The notes below the pieces were generated by a model, which was given only the letters and a program-made list of their open reading frames with translations, did no database searches and was not told the DNA's origin. From Chitinophagaceae bacterium (GTDB lineage Bacteria; Bacteroidota; Bacteroidia; Chitinophagales; Chitinophagaceae), in contig JANOGE010000133.1 in the NCBI GenBank assembly GCA_031414035.1, positions 15,216 to 79,215 on the forward strand: a stretch of 64,000 nucleotides of DNA, read 5' to 3'. The translations under genes were made by a program, and so were the position numbers. The number at the start of each line of letters is the position of its first letter. Position 1 is the stretch's first letter. This document shows, in pieces, positions 27,381-35,923 of the stretch.

Positions 27381-28610
27381 ATGTATACTGAAATAAAAAA
27401 ATGCCGCATCAGCGGAAGCACCAACCTGGTAACCGTTTTGTCACTGGGCGAGCAATACCTGACCGGCGTGTTCCCAAAATCAACCGGAGAAATTATTACA
27501 AAGGGGCCATTAGATCTGGTCTGGTGCCCCGACAGTGGTTTGTTGCAAATGAAGCAATCCTATAGTTTAGATGAAATGTATGGAGAGAATTATGGTTACC
27601 GTTCAGGATTGAATGCCTCTATGGTAAGTCATCTTTCATTAAAAATAAAAATGCTGGAACGCCTTGCTAAACCAACAGCAGATGATCTGGTAATTGATAT
27701 TGGAAGCAATGATGCCACTTCATTAAAAGCATATGCAGGTAAATTCAGAAAAGTAGGCATAGATCCTACAGGCAATAAGTTTAAAGAATATTATACAGAT
27801 GGTATTGCACTGATCGCCGATTTTTTTTCTGCCAAAACTTTTAAGCAAAGCTTTCCGGCTGATAAGGCGAAAATCATCACTTCCATTGCTATGTTCTATG
27901 ACCTGGAAAACCCTCTGGATTTTGTAAAAGATATAGAATCCGTTTTAGCTGATGACGGTATATGGCATTTTGAACAGAGTTATATGCCCAGTATGTTACG
28001 CACCAATTCTTATGATACCATTTGCCATGAACACCTTGAATTTTATACTTTTAAAGTAGTTAAAAACATTTTAGAAGCCTGTGGTTTAAAAGTAGTAGAT
28101 GTGCAGATGAACGCAGTAAATGGCGGTAGTTTTGCGGTAACGGCCTGTAAAAAAAATGCACCCTATTCTTCTAATGTACCCATTATCAACTGGATGCTGA
28201 AACAGGAAGATGATATGGGGCTGGATACCCCAAAACCTTACCGTGATTTTGAGGAACGTGTTTTCAGGCACAGAAAAAATTTAACCGAATTAATTGAAGC
28301 ATTGGTAGCTGATGGAAAAAAAATAATTGGCTACGGCGCCAGCACCAAGGGAAATGTGCTGCTTCAGTTTTGCGGATTTACCACTAAACATATCCCTTAT
28401 ATTGCCGAAGTAAATGAAGAAAAATTTGGTTCATTTACGCCTGGCACCAACATCCCGATCATTTCTGAAAAAGAAGCAAAAGCCATGAAGCCCGATTATT
28501 TTTTTGTATTGCCGTGGCATTTTAAAAATAATATATTACAAAGGGAACAGGATTATATTGCGGAGGGCGGCAAATTTATTTTCCCTTTACCAGAAATTGA
28601 AATTGTATAA
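27381..28610 (+). CDS. Class I SAM-dependent C-methyltransferase (NDP-hexose C-methyltransferase/TylCIII-like)
   Basis: The ORF starts at 27339, with a likely start at ATG 27381 (MYTEIKKCRISGSTNLVTVLSLGEQYLTGVFP, a Methyltransf_13-like N-terminus). The SAM motif is VIDIGSNDA, and the C-terminal segment IIGYGASTKGNVLLQF is a C-methyltransferase-type domain. Confidence 0.7.
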   Translation: MYTEIKKCRISGSTNLVTVLSLGEQYLTGVFPKSTGEIITKGPLDLVWCPDSGLLQMKQSYSLDEMYGENYGYRSGLNASMVSHLSLKIKMLERLAKPTADDLVIDIGSNDATSLKAYAGKFRKVGIDPTGNKFKEYYTDGIALIADFFSAKTFKQSFPADKAKIITSIAMFYDLENPLDFVKDIESVLADDGIWHFEQSYMPSMLRTNSYDTICHEHLEFYTFKVVKNILEACGLKVVDVQMNAVNGGSFAVTACKKNAPYSSNVPIINWMLKQEDDMGLDTPKPYRDFEERVFRHRKNLTELIEALVADGKKIIGYGASTKGNVLLQFCGFTTKHIPYIAEVNEEKFGSFTPGTNIPIISEKEAKAMKPDYFFVLPWHFKNNILQREQDYIAEGGKFIFPLPEIEIV

Positions 28611-28611
28611 A

Positions 28612-29319
28612 ATGCTGAAAGAAATTCTGTTTAAGATATTCAGGCCCTCATTAATTGCAAACTCTCATTCTCAGGCTGGCGAAGACAGGATCGTGGATTT
28701 TTTGTTTAACACAATGGGTATTAAAAAGATCACTTACATAGATATTGGCGCCAACGATCCGAAGTTTTGTAACAATACATACTTATTTTATTGCCGTGGT
28801 GGCCATGGGATATTAATAGAACCAGATGCCGTTTTTAATAAAATTTTGCAAAAGACCCGGCCAAACGATAAAGTAATAGAAGCCGCTATAAGTGATAAAG
28901 AAAATGGAGAAGCCGATTTTTATATTTTTAATGAGCCTTCAATTAATACCCTTTCAAAAGAAGAAGCCAACTTAAGGCAGGAATCGGGCAAGTATTTTTT
29001 AAAAGAGACCAGGCGCATACCGTTGTTAACCATACAAAAGGTTATTGATACCCATCTAAACGGAAAAGTACCGCACCTGATTTCATTAGATGTGGAGGGT
29101 GTGGATTTTGCCGTTTTACAGGCATTTGACTATACTAAATACCCTGTTCCGGTTTGGATAGTGGAGACCTGTGAATATTCCGAAAATCATATAAAACCCA
29201 AGATCAGTTCCATTATTGAGCTCATGCAAACAAAGGGTTATATTACCTATGGCGATACTTATGTTAATACCATTTTTGTAAATAAAGATTGGTTTTATAA
29301 CTATGCAAACAAAAATTAA
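28612..29319 (+). CDS. FkbM family methyltransferase
   Basis: The ORF starts at 28504. ATG 28612 lies 1 nt after the upstream stop. HSQAGEDRIV, YIDIGANDP and SLDVEGVDFAVL motifs are present. Confidence 0.7.
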   Translation: MLKEILFKIFRPSLIANSHSQAGEDRIVDFLFNTMGIKKITYIDIGANDPKFCNNTYLFYCRGGHGILIEPDAVFNKILQKTRPNDKVIEAAISDKENGEADFYIFNEPSINTLSKEEANLRQESGKYFLKETRRIPLLTIQKVIDTHLNGKVPHLISLDVEGVDFAVLQAFDYTKYPVPVWIVETCEYSENHIKPKISSIIELMQTKGYITYGDTYVNTIFVNKDWFYNYANKN

Positions 29320-30187
29320 TGCCATTATTTTTGGGGCAAGTGGCCAGGATGGTTATTTTCTTTCCCGTTTATTGCAACAGCAAAAAATAAATGTGTTGGG
29401 TATTTCACGCAGCGGTAATTTTGTACAGGGCAATGTAAGCGATTATGGCTTTGTGGAATCACAGATAAAACTTCACCGGCCCGATTATATTTTTCATTTT
29501 GCTGCCAATTCCACCACCCGCCATGATGCCTTGTTTGACAACCACCAGGCAATAAGTACAGGCACTTTAAATATTTTGGAAAGTGTAAAGCTACACAGTC
29601 CGCAATCAAGGGTTTTTTTATCGGGCAGTGCCATGCAGTTTAAAAACGATGGAATGCCCATTTCTGAAACAACCGCTTTTGAAGCCAGTAGCCCTTATTC
29701 GGTGGCCCGGATACACTCCGTGTATGCCGCAAGATATTACCGTAAGTATTTTGGACTGAACGTATATGTTGGTTATTTTTTTAACCACGACAGTTATCTG
29801 CGTTCAGAAAAACACGTAAATAAAAAAATAACCGTGGCGGTGAATAATATTAGAAGTGGCAGCCCTGAACGATTGGTATTAGGTAATATTGATGTTAAAA
29901 AAGAATTCAATTTTGCGGGCGACCTGGTTGATGCCATTTGGGTACTGGTAAATCAAAATAATATTTACGAAGCCGTATTAGGCAGTGGAAAAGCATATAG
30001 TATTAAAGAGTGGGTTATGTATTGCTTTGGAAAATATAACCTGGACTGGGAAAATTACATTGATATTAAAAAGGATTTTTTTCCGGAATATGAACTTTTA
30101 GTAAGTGACCCAACTGTTATCATGGGGCTGGGCTGGCAACCAAAAACCAGTTTTTACCAATTGGCAGATAGTATGCTTGCCCAATAA
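29303..30187 (+). CDS. GDP-mannose 4,6-dehydratase-like extended SDR with non-canonical catalytic residues
   Basis: 294 aa. It has the Rossmann motif IIFGASGQDGYFLSRLL. SPYSVARIHSVYAARYYRKYFG...FFNHDS aligns by eye with the Gmd segment [22 protein letters not shown]...LFNHES. The start overlaps the upstream stop by 17 nt. Confidence 0.65.
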   Translation: MQTKINAIIFGASGQDGYFLSRLLQQQKINVLGISRSGNFVQGNVSDYGFVESQIKLHRPDYIFHFAANSTTRHDALFDNHQAISTGTLNILESVKLHSPQSRVFLSGSAMQFKNDGMPISETTAFEASSPYSVARIHSVYAARYYRKYFGLNVYVGYFFNHDSYLRSEKHVNKKITVAVNNIRSGSPERLVLGNIDVKKEFNFAGDLVDAIWVLVNQNNIYEAVLGSGKAYSIKEWVMYCFGKYNLDWENYIDIKKDFFPEYELLVSDPTVIMGLGWQPKTSFYQLADSMLAQ

Positions 30188-30208
30188 TTTATCTTTATAA
30201 AAAGTCTT

Positions 30209-31342
30209 ATGCAGCAGAAAGACAAGATCCTGATTCTTTTCGACGGGCCACATCTTGCTTATTCACCCACGGTAACACAATTATATGATGCTTTATCAAA
30301 AGATTTTAATGTGACCATAATTGCGGAAAAAGCGAAAAAATTTATTGATCAGAATCTTACCGGTTATACTGTTATTCATTATGTACCGGTAAGAAGAAAA
30401 CCAACCTTTATTTATAAAACAGCCTATTTTTTATTATCCCTGGTAAATAAAGAAGTTCAATATTTAAGAAAAAATAAAATAAAGTTTCCGGAGTATTATT
30501 ATAGATTCAGGCTTATAAAAAAAATACTCCGGACCAAAACATACAGAAGGGTTATTGCGGTAGATATAAAAAACCTGTTTTACTGTTCCATGCTGGATAT
30601 ATCCGCAGATTTTCTTTCACTGGAACTGGGTGCTTCAGAAAAATTATTCCCCTTAATAAAATTCAGTCTTGTCAATTGCATAATTATTCAAAGTAAAGAA
30701 CGCTTTGAATATTTATTTAATACCACCCCTTTAAAAACCTTTTACATTCAAAATGCCCCGGTATTTAAAGAGGTGGCTCGGCCTGCCGTAAAAAAAGGAT
30801 TATTATATGGCGGTACTGCCTGGGACCCATTTGGCTTTTATCATTGCCTCAATTACATAAAAGCGTATAAAGAAGAGACGCTAACGGTACAGGGAGCGGT
30901 TCCAAACACGGATGAAAAGAGAATTAACAGTGAATATAAAGACCTGATAACTGAAAAACGATTAATGATCCCTAAGCAATATATTGAAAATGATCATGTA
31001 GTAGATTATTTTTCACAATTTGAAATTGGATTTTGTTTTTATAATTTTGAATTGGATTGGGTAAATCATTTCAATTATAAATCAGCACCATCTGGTAAAC
31101 TCTTCAAATATCTTGCCGCAGGTGTACCGGTGGTAGCTGTTGATATTATTGGCTTTGCATTTGTAACTGAATTTAAATGCGGGGTACTGGTAAAAGATCT
31201 TAGTCCTGCGAGAATAAGAGAAGCCATTACACAAATAAGAAATGATTATGAACGCTATGCAGCAAATGCAACTGCTGCCGCAAAATATTTTAGTTTCGAT
31301 AAAATGGTACAACCATATTTAGATTTTGTAAATGCACATTAA
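30209..31342 (+). CDS. Putative GT-B fold glycosyltransferase (weak assignment)
   Basis: 377 aa. Only the C-terminal segment PSGKLFKYLAAGVPVVAVD resembles the GT1/GT4 donor-binding region. The gene sits within the glycan locus. Confidence 0.4.
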   Translation: MQQKDKILILFDGPHLAYSPTVTQLYDALSKDFNVTIIAEKAKKFIDQNLTGYTVIHYVPVRRKPTFIYKTAYFLLSLVNKEVQYLRKNKIKFPEYYYRFRLIKKILRTKTYRRVIAVDIKNLFYCSMLDISADFLSLELGASEKLFPLIKFSLVNCIIIQSKERFEYLFNTTPLKTFYIQNAPVFKEVARPAVKKGLLYGGTAWDPFGFYHCLNYIKAYKEETLTVQGAVPNTDEKRINSEYKDLITEKRLMIPKQYIENDHVVDYFSQFEIGFCFYNFELDWVNHFNYKSAPSGKLFKYLAAGVPVVAVDIIGFAFVTEFKCGVLVKDLSPARIREAITQIRNDYERYAANATAAAKYFSFDKMVQPYLDFVNAH

Positions 31343-31349
31343 ATCAAAA

Positions 31350-31372
31350 AACCCGGAGTAAAACTCCGGGTT
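31350..31372. terminator. Bidirectional rho-independent terminator hairpin
   Basis: AACCCGGAG-taaaa-CTCCGGGTT is a 9-bp perfect stem flanked by an A-run upstream and T-rich sequence downstream. It lies between convergent genes ending at 31342 and 31395. Confidence 0.75.
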
Positions 31373-31394
31373 CTTTAATATATAATACATTTCA

Positions 31395-33206
31395 TCAGGC
31401 TATCTCGGCACTCATTTGCTTTTGCACTTTCTTCCGGTCATCTTCATTAAGAATAACTTTACGCATACGGATATTTTTTGGAGTTACTTCAATACACTCA
31501 TCCTGCTGAATATACTCCATACACTCTTCCAGCGTCATCAATGTCTTTGGGGCAATCCGGCTGGCATCATCGCTTCCGCTGGCACGGTGATTGGTTAATT
31601 TTTTAGGCTCTGTTGCATTTACATTCAGATCGCCCGGCTTAATATGCTCAGCAATGATCTGTCCAGCATATACTTCTTCCCCCGGGTCAACAAAGAAGGT
31701 ACCCCTGTCCTGCAATTTATCTATTGAATAGCCCGTTGTCTTTTCTGTATTTTTGGAAAGCAATACCCCATTACTCCGTCCGGGTATGGGGCCTTTCCAG
31801 GGACGATAGTCAATAAAGCGGTGAGCCATTACGGCTTCACCTGCAGTGTTGGTGAGCATATTACTACGCAAACCGATCAACCCACGTGAAGGAATATCAA
31901 ATTCAAGATGCTGCATTTCACCCTTACTTTCCATGATCAGCATTTCGCCCTTTCGTTGTGTTACCAGGTCAATCACTTTACCGCTGAATTCCTGCGGCAC
32001 ATCCACTACTAAGTTTTCAAACGGTTCACATTTTTTACCATCAAATTCTTTTATGATCACTGTTGGTTGTCCAACCGTTAATTCATACCCTTCCCTTCGC
32101 ATAGTTTCTATCAAAATCCCCAAATGCAAAATACCACGTCCGAATACCTGGAAGCTGTCGGCACCATCAGTATCCTCTACTTTAAGAGCCAGGTTTTTTT
32201 CTGTCTCTTTCATCAACCTGTCACGCAAATGACGTGATGTTACAAACTTTCCATCTTTGCCAAAGAAGGGGGAATTGTTGATACTGAACAACATGCTCAT
32301 GGTCGGTTCATCTACACTGATCAATGGTAGCGCTTCCGGAAATTCCACATCACATACCGTATCGCCGATATTAAATTCGTCCAACCCTACCAGCGCACAA
32401 ATATCTCCTGCACTAACTTCTGCAGCCTTCTTCTTTCCCAACGCCTCAAACGTATATAATTCTTTTACTTTTAATTTCTTTATCCCGCCGTCTGCCTGCA
32501 CCAAAGCAATTTGCTGTCCTTCCCGTACGGTACCCCTGGCAACTTTACCAACTGCAATTCTTCCCAGAAAAGATGAATAATCCAAAGAAGTGATCTGCAT
32601 TTGGGTAGTCCCTTCGTTCACTTTTGGTTCAGGTACGTGTTCTAAAATGGCGTCCAGCAAAGGAAAAATATTATCGGTTTCTGTTAATGACGTGTTCATC
32701 CAGCCTTGCTTACTGCTCCCGTAAATAGTAGGAAAATCCAATTGCTCCTCCGTTGCTTCCAGGTTAAAGAATAGTTCAAAAACAGCATCGTGAACTTCAT
32801 CCGGCCTGCAATTCGGTTTATCCACTTTATTGATCACCACAATCGGGTGTAATCCTAATTTCAACGCTTTTTGCAGTACAAAACGGGTTTGGGGCATTGG
32901 CCCTTCAAAGGCATCTACCAATAACAAAACACCATCAGCCATTTTTAAAACCCTTTCCACTTCACCTCCAAAATCACTGTGGCCCGGGGTATCAATAACA
33001 TTAATTTTTACCCCTTTATAAGTAACGGAAACGTTTTTACTGAAAATGGTAATTCCTCTTTCTCTTTCCAGGTCATTATTGTCCATGATCAATTCCCCTG
33101 TTTCCTGGTTGTCACGGAAAATATTAGTACTGTGCAGAATTTTATCTACCAGAGTTGTTTTACCGTGATCTACGTGCGCAATAATTGCAATGTTTCTTAT
33201 ATTCAT
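31395..33206 (-). CDS. typA: Translational GTPase TypA/BipA
   Basis: The ORF runs to 33218, with a likely start at ATG 33206 (MNIRNIAIIAHVDHGKTTLVD). DTPGHSDFGGEVER and NKVDK G-motifs are present, and the length is about 600 aa. Confidence 0.9.
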   Translation of the reverse strand: MNIRNIAIIAHVDHGKTTLVDKILHSTNIFRDNQETGELIMDNNDLERERGITIFSKNVSVTYKGVKINVIDTPGHSDFGGEVERVLKMADGVLLLVDAFEGPMPQTRFVLQKALKLGLHPIVVINKVDKPNCRPDEVHDAVFELFFNLEATEEQLDFPTIYGSSKQGWMNTSLTETDNIFPLLDAILEHVPEPKVNEGTTQMQITSLDYSSFLGRIAVGKVARGTVREGQQIALVQADGGIKKLKVKELYTFEALGKKKAAEVSAGDICALVGLDEFNIGDTVCDVEFPEALPLISVDEPTMSMLFSINNSPFFGKDGKFVTSRHLRDRLMKETEKNLALKVEDTDGADSFQVFGRGILHLGILIETMRREGYELTVGQPTVIIKEFDGKKCEPFENLVVDVPQEFSGKVIDLVTQRKGEMLIMESKGEMQHLEFDIPSRGLIGLRSNMLTNTAGEAVMAHRFIDYRPWKGPIPGRSNGVLLSKNTEKTTGYSIDKLQDRGTFFVDPGEEVYAGQIIAEHIKPGDLNVNATEPKKLTNHRASGSDDASRIAPKTLMTLEECMEYIQQDECIEVTPKNIRMRKVILNEDDRKKVQKQMSAEIA

Positions 33207-33297
33207 TGTTAAAAGCATTTAGCTTAAAGTGCCAGGCTGCCGGCTAACATAACGTCATTCTATTGCAGCTTATTACTTTTTGCTGTTTTTGAGGGCG

Positions 33298-33332
33298 CAA
33301 AGGTACGTTAAATCAGCCGGATGGCAAGGCTA
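33298..33332 (-). promoter_or_regulatory. Candidate Bacteroidota sigma-A promoter for typA (-7 TACCTTTG, upstream TTG 19 nt away)
   Basis: The minus strand reads ...cctTGccatccggctgatttaacgTACCTTTG. The -7 box matches TAnnTTTG exactly and lies about 92 nt upstream of the typA ATG. Confidence 0.3.
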
Positions 33333-33512
33333 TTCAGGTAAATTAAAATCATACTGCCAAATAACAGCTATTGAAGCAGTTAACCAATCATAATATGTTT
33401 GAACCCAAACCTTTTAATTAATGAAAAGACATATTCAACTATAATTAACATGTTATAGTTGTCTTTGTCTTACATTCATGTTACTTTTAATCTTCATGCT
33501 AAAACAAATCAA

Positions 33513-35444
33513 ATGAAAAAAATACTGATTGCTGCCATTATGCTGGCTTCATTTAATACGGTAAATGCCCAGGTTAAATTCGAAGCTTTACAGTTAACCC
33601 CACCAATGCCTAAGACAGGCCAAACAGTACGTTTTAAATATGATGCCCGGCTTTCGCCATTAATTGGTGAAAAGAAAGTAGATGTTATGGTTTACCTGTT
33701 TAGTAAAAAGGGGCCAAAAGTATTGGAACCAAAAGTGTTACAAAGCGGAAAAATATATTCAGGCCAATTTAAAGTTGACAGCAATACCACCTGTATTGCA
33801 TTTGGTTTTTCATCTGGTGAAGAAAAGGATATTAATAGCGGGAAAGGGTATATTCTTCCTGTTTATAAAGATAATAATGTACCTTTTCAGGATTATTATT
33901 CAGCAGCAAACACCATACAGAACGGCTATGGTGAATTTTTGTTTGGCATGGCTACTGATGCCGGGAAAGGCCTTGCATACCTGGAAGATGGGATTAGACA
34001 ATACCCGGAACTGAAAATTGACCCTGTTTTTTTCAACGCTTATTTACGGGCAGTTAATACGGTTAAAAAGAAAGAAGCCCCTGCACTTATATTAAATGAA
34101 TTACAAATTTTTGAAAGCCATGGGAATTTGACAGAAGCTGGCTATAACACATTGATTCAATGGTACACAAAAGACAAAAGAAAAGAAAAGTCTGATAGCC
34201 TTACTACAGCTATGAAAGCAGCTTATCCTGATGGTAACTGGAAAAAAAATGAAATGGCGAATGCCATAAATAAAGGCAAGGATGCCGAAAGTAAAAAAAC
34301 AGCTTTTGAAGCATTTATAAAAGCATATCCTCCCAAAGAAGAAGACAAATCCACAATTAATTTTTACAGGAGCAATGTGGCATCGGCATACCATAAAGAA
34401 AAGAATTATGAGGCTTTTAAAACCTGGGCAAAAGATCTGCCTATGACCGATAAAGCCAGTTTATTTAATAACCTCTCGTGGTATATGGCACTGGCTAAAG
34501 AAAATCTTTCGGAGGCTAAAATGATGAGTTACGAAGCAACGGATTGGGCTAAAAAAGAAATGCTGGCCCCCGCAGAAAAGAAACCAGAAAGCATTACCGG
34601 AAAGCAATGGGATAAAAACCGTAAAACCCAGTATGCCATGTATGGCGATACCTATGCATTTATTTTGTATACCCTGGAAGATTATAAAAATGGTTTCCTG
34701 TATGCCAAAGAGGCTGCAAAGATCAATGAGTTTAAAAATGCCGAGTATAATGAACGCTATAGTCAATTGCTGGAAAAAGTAGTATCTGCAGCATTGGCTA
34801 AAAAAGAGATCGAACAATTTGTAAAAGACGGTGTTGCATCCGCTAAAACCAAGGACCTGTTAAAAGAATTATACATCAAAGAGAAAAAATCGGATGAAGG
34901 CTATGATGCATATTTAACTAAACTGGAAATGGCAGCCAAAGAAAAAAAGAGAGAGGAACTGGCCAAAACCATGATCAATGAAGAAGCTCCAAAATTTAAT
35001 TTAAAAGACCTGGAGGGTAATGATATAAGTCTTGTTGGATTAAAAGGCAAAGTGGTGGTGGTTGATTTTTGGGCAACCTGGTGCGGTCCCTGCATAGCCT
35101 CCATGCCGGCTATGAAAACGGCCCAGGAAAAATTAACTCCAAAAGGAGATGTTGCTTTTGTTTTTGTTGATACCTGGGAAAACGTTGAAAATAAAAAACA
35201 GAATGCAGCAGATTTTATGTCAAAAAATAAATACCCTTTTCATGTTTTATTAGATGATACTGATAAAGTAGTTGCTGATTTTAAAGTAAGCGGCATACCT
35301 ACAAAATTCATTATCGATAAAACCGGGAACATCCGTTTTAAAAGTGTTGGTTTTGGCGGCAATAATGATGCGCTTGTAGATGAAGTGAGCATGATGGTTG
35401 AAATGGCGGCTGTGGATATGCCGGTAAGAACATATGTAAAATGA
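33513..35444 (+). CDS. TlpA/redoxin-family thiol:disulfide oxidoreductase with about 500-aa N-terminal extension
   Basis: The ORF starts at 33459, with a likely start at ATG 33513 (MKKILIAAIMLASFNTVNAQ). The C-terminal thioredoxin fold has VVVDFWATWCGPC and GIPTKFIIDKTGNI. Confidence 0.8.
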   Translation: MKKILIAAIMLASFNTVNAQVKFEALQLTPPMPKTGQTVRFKYDARLSPLIGEKKVDVMVYLFSKKGPKVLEPKVLQSGKIYSGQFKVDSNTTCIAFGFSSGEEKDINSGKGYILPVYKDNNVPFQDYYSAANTIQNGYGEFLFGMATDAGKGLAYLEDGIRQYPELKIDPVFFNAYLRAVNTVKKKEAPALILNELQIFESHGNLTEAGYNTLIQWYTKDKRKEKSDSLTTAMKAAYPDGNWKKNEMANAINKGKDAESKKTAFEAFIKAYPPKEEDKSTINFYRSNVASAYHKEKNYEAFKTWAKDLPMTDKASLFNNLSWYMALAKENLSEAKMMSYEATDWAKKEMLAPAEKKPESITGKQWDKNRKTQYAMYGDTYAFILYTLEDYKNGFLYAKEAAKINEFKNAEYNERYSQLLEKVVSAALAKKEIEQFVKDGVASAKTKDLLKELYIKEKKSDEGYDAYLTKLEMAAKEKKREELAKTMINEEAPKFNLKDLEGNDISLVGLKGKVVVVDFWATWCGPCIASMPAMKTAQEKLTPKGDVAFVFVDTWENVENKKQNAADFMSKNKYPFHVLLDDTDKVVADFKVSGIPTKFIIDKTGNIRFKSVGFGGNNDALVDEVSMMVEMAAVDMPVRTYVK

Positions 35445-35876
35445 TTTTTGCAAATTGAAAAACAATTTTATCGGACGGCAAAAAAAACCTTCTTTTTATA
35501 CTAATTAAAAGAAACCTTTTGTATCTAATACTTTTCTTTTATGATATAAAAGGTTATTGAATTAGCGTGTTATATTATTCACGCACTGAGCGTGTTTACA
35601 GATACTGTTTTTTTGGAGGGGGGCATTACGTCTTTCCTATTCTTTATTCAGTTTGGTGGCAGGTTTGGCATGATTAGGGTTGTATTCAATTTTTTTAAAG
35701 AAAATTCCTTTAACTATACTATTCCACTCCCTTTTTCTAATACCCGGGTTATCATAAAACAGAAATCGGATAAATTATACGGGTTAAAATATTAACCTTC
35801 ACAGAATAAAAATAAAACAATCAACCGCTTTTCTTATAGGTTATATAAAAGATCCCGAAACAAAAAAACAATAAAA

Positions 35877-35903
35877 AAGCTGCAGTCATTAATCCTGCAG
35901 CTT
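35877..35903 (-). terminator. Rho-independent terminator of the T9SS cargo gene
   Basis: The minus strand reads AAGCTGCAG-gattaatga-CTGCAGCTT followed by TTTTTATTGTTTTTTT. Confidence 0.7.
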
Positions 35904-35923
35904 TCATACTATCACGTATTAAA

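Noticed and set aside
35592-35795. 67-aa plus-strand ORF in the long spacer
   Set aside because: It has a GTG start and no recognisable motif. Its Phe/Gly-rich odd composition is typical of translated non-coding AT-rich DNA. The region is kept only as a low-interest finding.
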